Source of the DNA: the human T2T-CHM13v2.0 reference genome, Homo sapiens
Assembly: GCF_009914755.1 (NCBI RefSeq)
Contig: NC_060934.1
Length of the DNA stretch: 64,000 nt
Strand: one strand, 5' to 3'
In this document: piece by piece, positions 36,125 through 51,422 of the stretch
Position numbering within the stretch: the first letter of the stretch is position 1
Layout of the letters: the number at the start of each line of letters is the position of its first letter
Translations under genes and position numbers: made by a program
The notes under the pieces: generated by a model
What the model was told of the DNA's origin: nothing
Databases searched by the model: none
Seen by the model: only the letters and a program-made list of their open reading frames with translations

Positions 36125-37410
36125 TGATCTAAAGGAGTAGCCAAAATGAGTTAATTGTCCTAAAGAGATGTTTATGAATTATTAAAACCTATTTTATGTC
36201 TTATCTCTTCTATTTAGTTACTTGTGTCACTTGAATGAGAGTTGATCTGCTGATAAGAGAGTAATAACAAAGTTATTCTCAGCTTCAACAGATGTTCAGA
36301 TTTATGTTTCAGATTGTACAGTTTCATCATGATTGTTTGACATTGGATCCAGGTGGAAAAATTTGGTTAAGAATAATAAATTTCCTAAAATATGAAATTA
36401 GATGTCCTTGTTTATAATTTAAATTTAATCATTTAAAAGTTTTAAAAGTTTCTCTTAGAAATTGTTTATAATTTTTTATCCTAAACTTTTTGTAAATCTT
36501 GTAATAAACTGTAAAATACTAGAAATGTTAAATATTTATCGTATTATCAGGTTCAACTTTAGTGCATGATGTGATGGCTAAAGCTGTATGTATAAATTTT
36601 ATTCATTTTCAGAAAATATTAAGGTACAAGTAGATATAGAAATAAAACTTTCATATTCATTATAATAATCTGTCAATCACTTGTTCTGTACCAACATTAG
36701 TTTAATCAAGAGGACTTTTTAAAATGCAGCTTCAGTCTTTCTTCCTGAAGGAAGAAGCAAAGTTTTATGAGAGAGAAGAGTAAGTAGTATAAGGAATACC
36801 TGACTGGATGCCTAAAGGTCTATATTTTTTTATCCCAGTGCTGCCACTTACGGAACTTGGATAAGTCAGTTAACTTTTATGAGTCTGTTTACTCATCTGT
36901 AGGATGAGTAATGATCTACCTCCCAAATTATTTTCTGAATAATGTAATGAATTTGAAAACAATTTCTAATTGGCAAGCACTTGTAAAAAAAAATAAAGCA
37001 TTATGCTGAGGGAAAAAAGGCAGGAAGCTACCTAATTAGTTAAAAATATGTTATTTTTTAAAATTATAGTTATTATTAATGTGGTGTTTTCTGAAATTAT
37101 TGTTCAGGGCTGTCGCAGAATGTTTCCAAAGATTATAATGCAAATGAACCCATAGACTAGTTAATAAACAGATAAGACCTTTACTTGGGACTATTGCACA
37201 ATAAAAATTTAGACAACTGTGAGGGGAAGTTTAGTGGGAGACATAAATGTTAATTAATCAAATAATCACAATAAATATAAAATTACAACTGTGGTAAGGG
37301 TTAAGAAGGAAAGGTACATGGTGTTATGTCTTACCAGGGAAGTCAAGATAAGCACCTATCAGCAGGTAATAATTGAGCTCGGATCTGAAGCTTTTGTGGG
37401 TATTTCTTCT

Positions 37411-37441
<31 letters not shown>

Positions 37442-37879
37442 CTAAAAGAAGTCTCTGTATAAATATTTTCAGGATTTATTCCTATTTAATACAGTTTAAA
37501 AAAACAAATGTATATTTGTTCACTTAAAGCACAAGTTGCCTTAAAAATATAAGTAATAAAATCTTTCATTGGTGACCAAATAGCTGTGCAGTACAATACC
37601 AAATGAAAAAGTTCTGTACCTGGTAGTTGTAGAGAAGCAGGGACAGTAAACATGGCAATTAACAAAAATGCCCATGCTTTCACAGTGGGCTTTATCAAAT
37701 GCATATTGTTTGAGATTTGTAACTCTTTTGACAAAATCTTCGTTTAGTATATCGTTTCCATAACCAGATTATTTGATAGCTATTTCTTTATCTTTTTTGC
37801 TAAGCTGAAGAAAAAATACTGAAACTCAAAACTCCATGTAGTTTTAGACACACGCTTTTTTTTTTTTTTTTGCATGCAG

Positions 37880-37928
37880 ATCCTCATTGAATTTTGTGCA
37901 GGTGGAGCAGTAGATGCTGTGATGCTTG
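37880..37928 (+). CDS. SLK: SLK exon 3: kinase hinge ILIEFCAGGAVDAVML
   Basis: poly-T then tgcatgcag|ATC...CTTG|gtaaat; 49 nt; keeps frame with exons 2 and 4. Confidence 0.96.
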
Positions 37929-38146
37929 GTAAATACCTTTTTGTTCTTTCTGTTCATATCTTAAATTATACTTGATAAGATGAAAGAATTTCAACCATAT
38001 ATAAATATATTCAAATATGTAAGTATCGAGTAAAGTTGTAAATACCTTTTTGTTCTTTCTGTTCATATCTTAAATTATACTTGATAAGATGAAAGAATTT
38101 CAACCATATATAAATATATTCAAATATGTAAGTATCGAGTAAAGTT
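37929..38146 (+). repeat. Perfect 109-bp x2 tandem duplication
   Basis: 37929-38037 is identical to 38038-38146 (gtaaataccttt...gagtaaagtt). Confidence 0.96.
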
Positions 38147-38340
38147 CAGTAAGTTAACTCAAGTATGTTTTTATATTCTTGGATAATTATAGTAAAATTC
38201 TAAAATGAAATGTTGAGTGTGTCAAGAATGTGATCTTTGTAGATATAGTTCTTTTAAAATAAATTCCCTGCATATGATCTTTGACAGTGATGATATATAC
38301 AGAAAGGTATATAGCCTGCTAATATGTTTTCACTGTATAA

Positions 38341-38538
<198 letters not shown>

Positions 38539-39287
38539 TAAATAAAACATTAGAATTTTTACTCTGAAATTTCCATCTTTATGTATGTGACTTAATGTGG
38601 TTTTATTACTACTTAAATATGTGAAACATGGAGAACTAACTCCATGCTGGTTTTTAAAAAACACTTTTTTAGGTAAATACTCATTTTTCTATAATTTCTA
38701 AATATCAGCACCTAATTGAATGCTTTAAAAAGAAGATAAGAAAGAATGAATTTTTATTTTCAAAAAGGCATGCTTTTTAAAGACCAATTTCAAGTTTGTA
38801 CCCTTAAATTTTTGTACGTAGACTTAATACTTGTAAATGTTTTATGTTTAGAATATAATATAGTATGTAAAACTGCTAACTCAGTTTTTTCTTTATTTCC
38901 AAAGTTCATGTCTAGTGAGTTTTTCCCCATGTTTAGTTTTATATTCTATTTTATTGATATGGTACGTTGACTAAACTAACAAAGTAATCTTAGTTCTGAA
39001 GAGAATACCTAAACGTAAGGACTAGAATTTTTAATTTTACTCTTTATACTGAGGGAAGAAATGTTACCTTCATAAGAAGAATTAGATGTAGGTCTTATGA
39101 AAGTTATAGCGCTCTTTACCCAAGATAGGAATTATTTAAAAAGTCTAGAGATGAAGTCCAAATTTGTATATTTTGGAAGGCTATTCAAAGGACAAAATAT
39201 ATTCAGAAGTCAAGTTGATACCAGTGACTATAGTCATTTCACTTTACTTTGTCAAGACATTTAAACAGATGGTGTACTAAATTTTAT

Positions 39288-39553
39288 TCTTTTTAATTTT
39301 TTTTTAACGGAGTCTTGCTCTGTTGCTTAGGCTGGAGTGCAGTGATGTGATCATAGTTTACTGCAGCCTTGAACCCCTGGGCTCCAGGGATCCTTCCACC
39401 TTATCCTCCCTAGTAGCTGGAACTGCAGGCATGCACCACCATGCCTGGCGAATTTTTAAAAATTTTTTTGTAGAGATGAGGTCTTGCTCTGTTGACCAGA
39501 CTGGTCTTGAATTCCTGGGTGCAAGTGATTCTTCTGCCTTGGGCCTCCTGAAG
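39288..39553 (-). mobile_element. Alu (AluJ-type, truncated)
   Basis: Diverged reverse Alu. Confidence 0.85.
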
Positions 39554-40793
39554 TGAATTTTAACCTTTTGATTGTGAAAAATTACAGATATAGAAAACCA
39601 CACCAGAAATTGTGTAGCTTAAGTTTAGTACTTTGTAGACATAGCTTTGTAATCACTACCTAGATCAAAAAGTAGAACTTTGACAGGCATCCCAGAAGCT
39701 CTTCCGTATGCCCATCTCAGCCACTGCCCTTCTCTTCTCCACATTTTATCCTGACTTTTATATTATTTCCTTCCTTGTGTTTCTTTATGGCTTAGTCACC
39801 CAGTATTCATCTCTAGATGTTAGGGTTTAAACTTGCTCATATAAAACTTGGGTTTTTAAAGTCTCTTAACTTACAGGCCTTCCCCCATTCCTTTCTTTTC
39901 TTTATATTATGGCATGTGTAATGGGGGATGAGGGCAATATCACCCACATGGGTGCAAAAATTAGTTCTTTAGGGCCAAAAAAAAACCTTATGCATTACAA
40001 TGGTTTGTGACCTTCCAAAGGCCCCAGTACATGAAGAGATATAACACTGTATCTATGGCATTAAAATTTTATGGGAGGAGGGATGATGTGAAAAAAATGT
40101 TTAAAATGACTCCTTAGAGGGGCTAGTAATGAAACACTGATCCATGGAACCTGGGCTGTTTGGCCTGTTGTGTTTCCCTCAAACTGCATTTTGCTATTGC
40201 ATACTCCTGATGATTGAAGTTCCTTTCTGTATTTCCTTCAGTTTGGCAGATGAATCCAAAGGCTTGATCAGTCTCAAGCCTGATCCTTTGGCAAGACTTA
40301 CAGGTGGTTTTGCATTCTTTCATTGGGAGGCACACCGTGTCTGCTTTGTGCCCTTTTTTGATGTTGCATCTATTGAGGCTTAATGCCTACACCTCTGTCT
40401 TTTGGGGTTGCAAAACGAATTCCATTATTTTGTTTTCATTATTTTCGATAATGATTTTGATATAAACACCAATTATTTCATTATTTTCATTCATTATAAA
40501 ATTAGTAATGAAGATAATGACTTGGCTGTCTCTTATCCTCAATTGATGACCAGTGTTTTAAAAAATATTGTTAGTTCATGGATTTAATTTTATTTGGTTG
40601 GTTTCAAATCCATTGCAGTTTTTATTCTTATTGAAGCTCATGTTGTTCCATCTTTAGTCAGTGGGGTCTTCCTCGTGTCTGCTTGTTGGTCTTCTTGACA
40701 GCACTAGTAATCTTTGATAGCTTACTTGACAGTTCTGAGATGTTTCAGGCTCATCTGTGTATTTCCTGTGTCAGACCTGTAATTAACCATTTC

Positions 40794-41114
40794 TTTTTTC
40801 TTTTCTTTCTTTTCTTTTTTTTTTTTTTTTTTTTTTGAGTCAAAGTCTTGCTCTGTTGCCCAGGTTGGAGTGCAGTGGCTGATCTCAGCTCACTGCAACC
40901 CCCACCTCCTGGGTTCAAGGGATTCTTGTGCCTCAGCCTCCTGAGTAGCTAGGATTACAGGCATGTACCACCATGCCCAGCTAATTTTTGTTTTTTAGTA
41001 GAGATGGGGTTTCACCATGTTGACCGGGCTGGTCTGGAACTCCTGGCCAGAAGTGATCTGCCCACTTCAGCCTCCCAAAGTGCTGGAATTACAGGTGTGA
41101 GCCACTGCACCCAG
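40794..41114 (-). mobile_element. Alu (AluS/J-type)
   Basis: Reverse dimer; TSD tgtaatta(a/g)ccatttctt. Confidence 0.9.
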
Positions 41115-41757
41115 TGTAATTAGCCATTTCTTTAAGAAGCCCTGGTTTCTTTTAGTAGAATATAGTATTTCAAGACCACAGTCTGGTGTAAGAGATGCTT
41201 GCAGTTTTCTATATTGGCCATTGTTCTAGGACTTTTCAAAGGACAGAGCTAGAACCCTCATGAGTTCATATATATTTCCTATTCAAATTCAGGATAAAGG
41301 TTTTTAAAATCTAACCTCTGTAATAAATGTGCATCTCCTTTCTTCTATGTTGAGAGTTCTGGTTCTCAAGGACATTGATAGGTTTAGGATACCTCATAAT
41401 TCATTTTAACCCTCATTTCTATATTTAATGCTCACCACCACTCCTTATGTTGATGTGTCTTTGGTGATGTTGGTTATCTGAAGCTCAGCTTTTGGTAGAT
41501 TCCTCTGAAAGGGCTCTCTGAATTCTTACATAGTGATAACAGTTGTACCCTTATAGTTGAAGGTTAGTTTTGCTGGATAACAAATCCTTGGCACAAATTT
41601 CTTTCCTTCAGCATCTGAAATATGTTACTCTGTTTTCTTCAGTCATGAAGTGTTGTTGTTGAAAAGTCTGATAATCTGAATTTCTTCATTGTAAGTCATG
41701 TGCTCTTTTTGCTTAGATGCTAAAAGTTTTTTTTTTTTTTTAAGACCAGTAGTTTGA

Positions 41758-42084
<327 letters not shown>

Positions 42085-42291
42085 CTTCTAATAAATATTA
42101 TGCTCGTACAATATTCGAGTGCTTTCTTCCCCGCCCCCGACAGGAAAGTTTTCTGGAGTTATAGATCTGAGCATTTGTTTGTTCCCTTGCATTGACTTGC
42201 TTCTTTAGAGACTTTTAGTATTTGTTTGTTGGATCTTTGCCTGTTGTCCATGTTTGTAACTTTTTCTCAAGTCCTTTTTTAGCTTGCTTTC

Positions 42292-43022
42292 TTTTTTATC
42301 GTAGGAAAATATATACAACATAAAATTTACCTTTTTGATCATTTTTAAGTGTACATTTCTGTGGTATTAAGTACATTCCCATTATTATACAACCATTACC
42401 ATCACCTATCTCCATACCTCTTTTCATCTTGCAGCAGTTAAAGTCTATACCCATTAAACAGTTAGTCCCCATTTTCCACTCCTCCCAGCTTCTGGCAACC
42501 ACCATTCTGCTTTCAGTTTCTATGATTTTGACCACTCTAGGTATATACGTATGTGGAATCATACAACATTTGTCCTTTTGTGACTGGCGTATTTTACTTA
42601 CCATAACGTTCTCAAGGTTCATCCACGTTGTAGCGTATTTCAAGTCTTCCCCTTTTAAGATTGAATAATATGCCATTGTATGTATATAACACATTTTGTT
42701 TATCCGTTCATCCATCAGTGGGCACTTGGGTTGCTTTCACTTTTTGGCTATTGTGAATAATACTGCTATGAATGTTGGTGTACAAATGTCTGTCCTACTC
42801 CCTGCTTTTAATTCTTTTGAGTATGCACCCAGAAGTGGAATTGCTGAATCATATGGTAATTCTATGTTTAATTTTTTTGAGGGACCACCATGCTGTTCTC
42901 CATAGCAACTGCACCATTTTACATTTCTAACGGAAATGTACAAGGCTTCCAGTTTCTCCGCATGCTTGTCAACACTTTTTTTTTTTCTATGCTACATCCA
43001 TCCTACTGGGTGTGAAGCGGTA
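42292..43022 (-). mobile_element. L1M 3' end
   Basis: ORFs 42296..42715 (-) and 42737..42943 (-) are L1 ORF2 C-terminal/3'UTR-like ([24 protein letters not shown]). Confidence 0.85.
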
Positions 43023-44279
43023 ATGGGTATGAATTTGTTGTATTATTTGCTCTTGCTTTCCCTAGGTTAGCCTTTGTTTCTAAAGTTTTTCTTTTTTATT
43101 TTAAATTTTTTCTGGAGCTCTGTCGCCTTTCAGAATTTTTCTAATTCTGACTTACATGGCTCTTTTATGTTTTTCATCATTTTTAAAAGTGTCCTAGCTT
43201 ATTTTGAAATAGGATGTTACAGTTTTGATCAATTTTGGGGGCATTTTTTTTGTAAATATATTGAAATTTTATTTGAATATAGGGACATACTTGTGTAAAA
43301 TAATGTGTACCTTATCAATATACTGAAGGTTTAGGAATTGTAAAATAATATTTAGTTAGTTGACAATTAAAATATTTGTAATTTCTGTTTAATTTACAAA
43401 TACTTCCAGAGAACCTTCCATTTCTGCAACACAGATATATAGAACAATCTTATCCCCAAGAACCATATAATAGATAAAAGTAATTCAGGCAGAATTGCAT
43501 GACCTTTAAGAGTTCTACAACAAAAACAACAAAGGTTAGAATTGTGAATATGGCTAATAATAGCTACCATTTATTGAGTGTATACTCTGTGGTAGGCATG
43601 AGCATCAAATACTGAATTTTTGGTACTTATTCAACTTTGAGAATTGTCGCATCAAATGTGAAACTTAAAAATTCGTGCATTTATAGCATGAGGTGAATTA
43701 TGCAGCAATAGCAGTTTTATGTTGCTGTTAATGTTGTGTGAACTCCAGGCTGAAAAGGTGGGATTAACAACTGAAAAAGCTATAATGTTACTGTTCTGTA
43801 TAATTTAAATCAGAAAACATAAGGTTCCCAATTTTTTCTTGACAATATAATTTTATGAGGAATTTAGCAAGACATACACTGTCCTAAAGGTTGCTTTAGT
43901 ATAATTTCTATTTTTCACACTATAGAAAAAATGTTAATGACTCTTAGTTTAATTGTGCCACATATCACTAGTTGGCATTTATTTTGAAGTGGATAGACTG
44001 GTCTGCTTTTAGAGTTACCATTTTTTATTTTCAATTTTGAAGGATTTGTCATCTGAAGATAAGGTGGTATTAAATGTATTGATAATGGGATCTTTAGCAG
44101 GTTTTTTTGGGAGATGGTAGAAAGAGATGGTCAAGATTAAGATGGGAGAGACATCTTTTTCTTTCTGTTTAACTTACTTTTTATAATAAGATTAGCCTTA
44201 TTAAAGACTTAAAATGCTTTTTCTCCCCATTGAATACAATGAACAATGCTTAAAAGTTCTCATTAATGCTTTTGTGTGA

Positions 44280-44387
<108 letters not shown>

Positions 44388-44486
44388 TAGTATTAGTCAT
44401 GTCAGCAGTTATAATTACTCATGAATTTTTGTCCACATAATTGATTATACCATGTGTTTTGCAATCACTGTTCTTAAACATGTTAA

Positions 44487-44705
<219 letters not shown>

Positions 44706-45255
44706 TAAAAATATTCTTAAAAAAGCTTAATAAGAAACAAATGATACTAGGAAGCAGAACTTGATGTTATATTCTCACAATTTTCCAAGAGTATTTAAAA
44801 TTGGATACATGGTTCGAAGACTATATGAATTAGAAAAGTGATTTTTGGTATATTTCTCTTAAAGACCATTAAAACTCTTCGAGCTCACTTTTCCCATATA
44901 TCTGAAAATATGAATGATTTGAGTTTTGCATGAGAAAGGTATTTTCTGTACTATGAGGAAGTGAGGTATATAGATTGATCTATATTTGTGAAATTTATTA
45001 GAAATTTTGTGCTTTTTGGCATACTTGTGAGTATATGGCTGTCTCAGTGATTATGTACCTACTTACATATATGTCTAACATGTATTTACAGATGAATAAG
45101 TTTTACAAAATCTTAATAGTCTCATTAACTAGTTATTTAAATGTTGAATTAATACTATTACATACATAATGAAACTTAAGCATAACTTATCAAAGAGTTT
45201 TGTTTAATTTGATTAACAAGAAAGTAAAATAGAATGTTGTTAAAATTTATTTTAA

Positions 45256-45363
<108 letters not shown>

Positions 45364-45994
45364 TAATATAATTATTTTAACATCTAAGAATGTAATTTCA
45401 TATTCAGTGTGCTTTCTTTCCACTTAAATTTCCCTGTGGAGAGTCAAAATGGCAGTAGTTAACATTTGCTTTACAAAATAAATGCTGCTGTTACCATCAG
45501 GCATTTAGCTTAAACGTTATTCCTCCTGTGCTTTTTTGATTCAGTTTAATTATGTTCTTTTCATTTTGGTAGTTATTTCCATTATGTCTCTCCAGTTACT
45601 AGAAAGCAAGCTCCTTGGGGACAGGGGCCGTGAACTAATTAATTAAAAAATGTCTTACACTGAGGGTAAATAGTAAATATTGTTGACTTAAAAAAATGTT
45701 GTTAAAGCGATTGGGTAAATTTAATTTTGCTTTATAGAAGGACTACTTGTAATATATTAATTAAAAATTGTCAATTTTATAGGTGGGCAAATAAAATGAC
45801 AAATCTTGAGGCAATTACTGTTAGGTTATTATGTAACTCCATCATAGTGTTTTAGGTTGACCTATTTATCTGGGGGAATAAAGCAGGAAAAAATTGCTTT
45901 GTTGTGTGCAGCAAGTATACCCCTGGAACACACTTTCTATTATTATTTTGTTACCCCCACACTTGAAGCCCTTAGTCTGCGACAGACACTGTTA

Positions 45995-46508
<514 letters not shown>

Positions 46509-46782
46509 TCAATTAAAATTTTTTATTACGAAGTTTTCAAACACACAGAAAGTACATGTACCTACTACCCAGATATAACAATTCTTATCATTTTTGATAA
46601 ATTTGCTTCAGATTCTTAAAAATGTACAGATCCAGTTGCAGGTAGTCCCTGCTTTTGCTCAAGCCCTCTCCCCTCTTTCTTTCTCAGATGTAGCATTATC
46701 TGAAGTTTTCTGTCATTTTCCTGCCCACATGTTCATATTTTTTACCACATAAGAATGTGTGTTGTGTGTGTTTGAAACTTAG

Positions 46783-46968
<186 letters not shown>

Positions 46969-47075
46969 TAGGAAAGAAATTTCATTTAGTGAATAGAGTT
47001 CGGTTTTGAGGTGTAGTTGCTCCTGTATCTAAGGATTGATGGGTGGCAACGCAAAACCTTTAAATTTAGACCTGA

Positions 47076-47402
<327 letters not shown>

Positions 47403-47558
47403 CATTTTTGTTATATTTCTTATGAGAAGAATTGTTAATTCTTTAAATTCAGCAACATTTACTGAATAAAGATCTGAAATCACTGTAGGTCTGTAAACAT
47501 TGTTTTGGTCACTCTAAGGTCATGTTTTAACACTAAAAATACATTAAATCTTTTTTAG

Positions 47559-48914
47559 CCAATACCTGCAAGTAAGCGTGCATCTTCTGACCTTAGTATC
47601 GCCAGCTCTGAAGAAGATAAACTTTCACAAAATGCTTGTATTTTGGAGTCTGTCTCAGAAAAAACAGAACGTAGTAACTCTGAAGATAAACTCAACAGCA
47701 AAATTCTTAATGAAAAACCCACCACTGATGAACCTGAAAAGGCTGTGGAGGATATTAATGAACATATTACCGATGCTCAGTTAGAAGCAATGACTGAACT
47801 CCATGACAGAACAGCAGTAATCAAGGAGAATGAAAGAGAGAAGAGGCCCAAGCTTGAAAATCTGCCTGACACAGAAGACCAAGAAACTGTGGACATTAAT
47901 TCAGTCAGTGAAGGAAAAGAGAATAATATAATGATAACCTTAGAAACAAATATTGAACATAATCTAAAATCTGAGGAAGAAAAGGATCAGGAAAAGCAAC
48001 AGATGTTTGAAAATAAGCTTATAAAATCTGAAGAAATTAAAGATACTATTTTGCAAACAGTAGATTTAGTTTCTCAAGAGACTGGAGAAAAAGAGGCAAA
48101 TATTCAGGCAGTTGATAGTGAAGTTGGGCTTACAAAGGAAGACACCCAAGAGAAATTGGGGGAAGACGACAAAACTCAAAAAGATGTGATCAGCAATACA
48201 AGTGATGTGATAGGAACATGTGAGGCAGCAGATGTGGCTCAGAAAGTGGATGAAGACAGTGCTGAGGATACGCAGAGTAATGATGGGAAAGAAGTGGTCG
48301 AAGTAGGCCAGAAATTAATTAATAAGCCCATGGTGGGTCCTGAGGCTGGTGGTACTAAGGAAGTTCCTATTAAAGAAATAGTTGAAATGAATGAAATAGA
48401 AGAAGGTAAAAATAAGGAACAAGCAATAAACAGTTCAGAGAACATAATGGACATCAATGAGGAACCAGGAACAACTGAAGGTGAAGAAATCACTGAGTCA
48501 AGTAGCACTGAAGAAATGGAGGTCAGAAGTGTGGTGGCTGATACTGACCAAAAGGCTTTAGGAAGTGAAGTTCAGGATGCTTCTAAAGTCACTACTCAGA
48601 TAGATAAAGAGAAAAAAGAAATTCCAGTGTCAATTAAAAAAGAGCCTGAAGTTACTGTAGTTTCACAGCCCACTGAACCTCAGCCTGTTCTAATACCCAG
48701 TATTAATATCAACTCTGACAGTGGAGAAAATAAAGAAGAAATAGGTTCTTTATCAAAAACTGAAACTATTCTGCCACCAGAATCTGAGAATCCAAAGGAA
48801 AATGATAATGATTCAGGCACTGGTTCCACTGCTGATACTAGCAGTATTGACTTGAATTTATCCATCTCTAGCTTTCTAAGTAAAACTAAAGACAGTGGAT
48901 CGATATCTTTACAA
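47559..48914 (+). CDS. SLK: SLK exon 9 (aa 332-783): large acidic, probably disordered linker
   Basis: ttttttag|CCAATA...TTACAA|gtaagt; 1356 nt open frame overlapping the 455-aa ORF 47643..49010; phase 0-0. Confidence 0.96.
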
Positions 48915-50947
48915 GTAAGTGTACATGAGTCATTGTTTGGGTTTTCCTTTGCCATTTTCTCAATTCAGAGTTTATGTGAAATTGATGTCTTGAAAATAAA
49001 ACAGCATTAAATTAATGTAGTATTAACAATATAAATTCTTACAGCCTATGAAAGCAATTAAAAAGAACTAAGGAGATTGTGGATCTAATCTTTAAATTTT
49101 GTGGTAGGATCTACCTATTTTTGCAGACCTGATGCAGATAAACAGTGTAATATGGTTGCTTGGTGTGATTAGGTTCCTTTATTGGACATATCTAGATGCA
49201 ACATTAGCAAGAATCAACAATGTATGAGAGAATTAGAAATTGAAAGAATGATGTCTTTTTAAGCACATTTAGGGTGTAAACAATCCTTGATTTACCATTG
49301 GCCCATACAGTCACAGACATTGCTACTGCCATGAGAACCATTGTGGGGAAAACAAAACAAACACTAAAGCCCAGAACACTTGGAGCTTTGAGTGTAATTC
49401 TCAAATTTTAGTGTGCTTAGGAGTTACTAGCGGCTATGTAGAAGTCTGGAGTGGGTCCCAAGGATCACTATTTGTAAAAAAAAAAGATCCCACAGAGTTC
49501 TGATGCAGGTGATCCATGGGCTGCCCCTTGGAAAATACTTCCTAGACCCTCTGGGTTGATAGTAGCAGAAGAGAAGACAGAAAAGCAGGAACAACCTAAG
49601 AAAACTGACATAGATGGATCTCTAGGGCATGAGTGATTAGTCTGCCTATCTGCCCCAAATTCCTAGGATTTTCTTACATGTATTCCTAGGATTTTCTTCT
49701 TTTTTCAGTTTACTTTCTTTCACTGACTGAAATAACCACCACTCTGAAATTCATTCACTGACTTAATAGCCTCTTTTAAAAATGCAAATAACTTGTATAA
49801 GAATGAAGAAGATATTAATTATTGAACTTTTAGTAGGAGCTGAAGAAATGTGAAGTTTGGAGGTTAAGGTGTAGATAGGTGTATTTTTTGGAGTCTGCCA
49901 ACTTTAGATTTTAGAGGAATCCTGGGTAGGGTACCATAGTCCTGGACTTTGGAAGAAGAGCATGAGGATCCTGGAAGCTTGGAGAAGAGAACAGTAAGAG
50001 GAGAGGATGCAGAAAGGTGATTGGAAGGTGCCAAAGAGAAACTGTTTAAAATTTGGATGCATTTTGAGTTTAGCATTTTCACATTCCATTTTTGCTTCCT
50101 CTGCCTTCTAACCCTTTCTTCCATATCAACACCCAGTAAGTATCTGCCCTGAACACTTAGTTTACCAAAATGTATTTGTAGGAGTCTTATATGTCTGTTA
50201 TTTCTGTTTGCATTTAAATGTTTTTGGATACCAGTTGAGGAATGAAGAGTTTAGTCTTAATAAAGAATTTTAGGTCATAGCTAGCAGCCAAATCTGGTAC
50301 TTTTGGGTGCAGCAGAGGCACTGTCTTTCTAGTAACCCTAAAATCATACATATATCTCTGGCCCTGAGATGGAGGGAGGGGCTGTCGATATTATTGTTAC
50401 TGATTAAGTAGATTTTGATCCCCAGTGCTGGCAGTGTTTAAAAATTACCTGAGAGCTTTTTCAAAAAAAAGAGATTTCCAGCTACCCTCAGACCTGTCAA
50501 TTTAGTTTTTTTTTAAGAGATGAGCCCCACAAATTCATTTTTAATTGTTTTGTCAGTGAAAAAGCAGAGGTATCTGAGAAACTACAAATTGAAAAGATGA
50601 AAAAAAAGGATAACATGTAAAGTTCTACTGATTAGCTATGTGAACTGCTCATCACTTATGCCTAATTATAATGTGTCATAAAAGCTATACATGAAGATGA
50701 TCAAAATGCATACTTTGAAAAAATTTGATTTCATCTGTAAAGACGTGTAAGTCAGATGACGTTTAAGGTGTTATAACTGGTTCCACAGATGAGTCTATTG
50801 CTTTATATTTATACTTTCTATGTGTAGTCTGCATGGCTGTTCAGTTGTTTTGTTTTAAAAAAGAAAGAAATGTTTAAGGAAGAAGAAAATGTTTTCTACC
50901 TCCAGTATTCCTTGTACAAAGCCTAACTAAAATAAAATCTCACTCAG

Positions 50948-51078
50948 GAAACAAGAAGACAAAAGAAAACATTGAAGAAAACACGCAAATTTATTGTTGA
51001 TGGTGTAGAAGTGAGTGTAACAACATCAAAGATAGTTACAGATAGTGATTCCAAAACTGAAGAATTGCGGTTTCTTAG
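50948..51078 (+). CDS. SLK: SLK exon 10: [25 protein letters not shown], start of the conserved C-terminal region shared with STK10/LOK
   Basis: ctcactcag|GAAACA...CTTAG|gtgagt; 131 nt. Confidence 0.95.
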
Positions 51079-51298
51079 GTGAGTAGAGAAACAACGTAAT
51101 TAAAACTGGTTTGTGACTTCTTTTCAGTCTCTGAAAAGTCAGAAGAATAGAGAAACAAGGGTAAATTATTGGCTAATTTTTTTTTATTCTTTTACTACCG
51201 TTCCACTCGAAAGAAAATTTTTAAAGCTTTAAAAAAAAACGTATTTCAGAAGTGTAATTTTTGCTGTCTTCTCTATCATTACCATTAAATTTTATCAG

Positions 51299-51422
51299 AC
51301 GTCAGGAACTTCGGGAATTAAGATTTCTTCAGAAAGAAGAGCAAAGAGCCCAACAACAGCTCAATAGCAAACTACAGCAACAACGAGAACAAATTTTCCG
51401 GCGCTTTGAGCAGGAAATGATG
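51299..51422 (+). CDS. SLK: SLK exon 11: coiled coil [21 protein letters not shown]...
   Basis: tttatcag|ACGT...ATGATG|gtaaag; 124 nt; lies within ORF 51261..51512. Confidence 0.96.

Noticed and set aside
42296-42943. 139-aa and 68-aa minus-strand ORFs
   Set aside because: Degraded L1 ORF2 end and 3'UTR; not an intact or domesticated gene
48239-48955. Antisense ORFs 48239..48508 and 48680..48955
   Set aside because: Shadow frames of the biased codon usage of SLK exon 9
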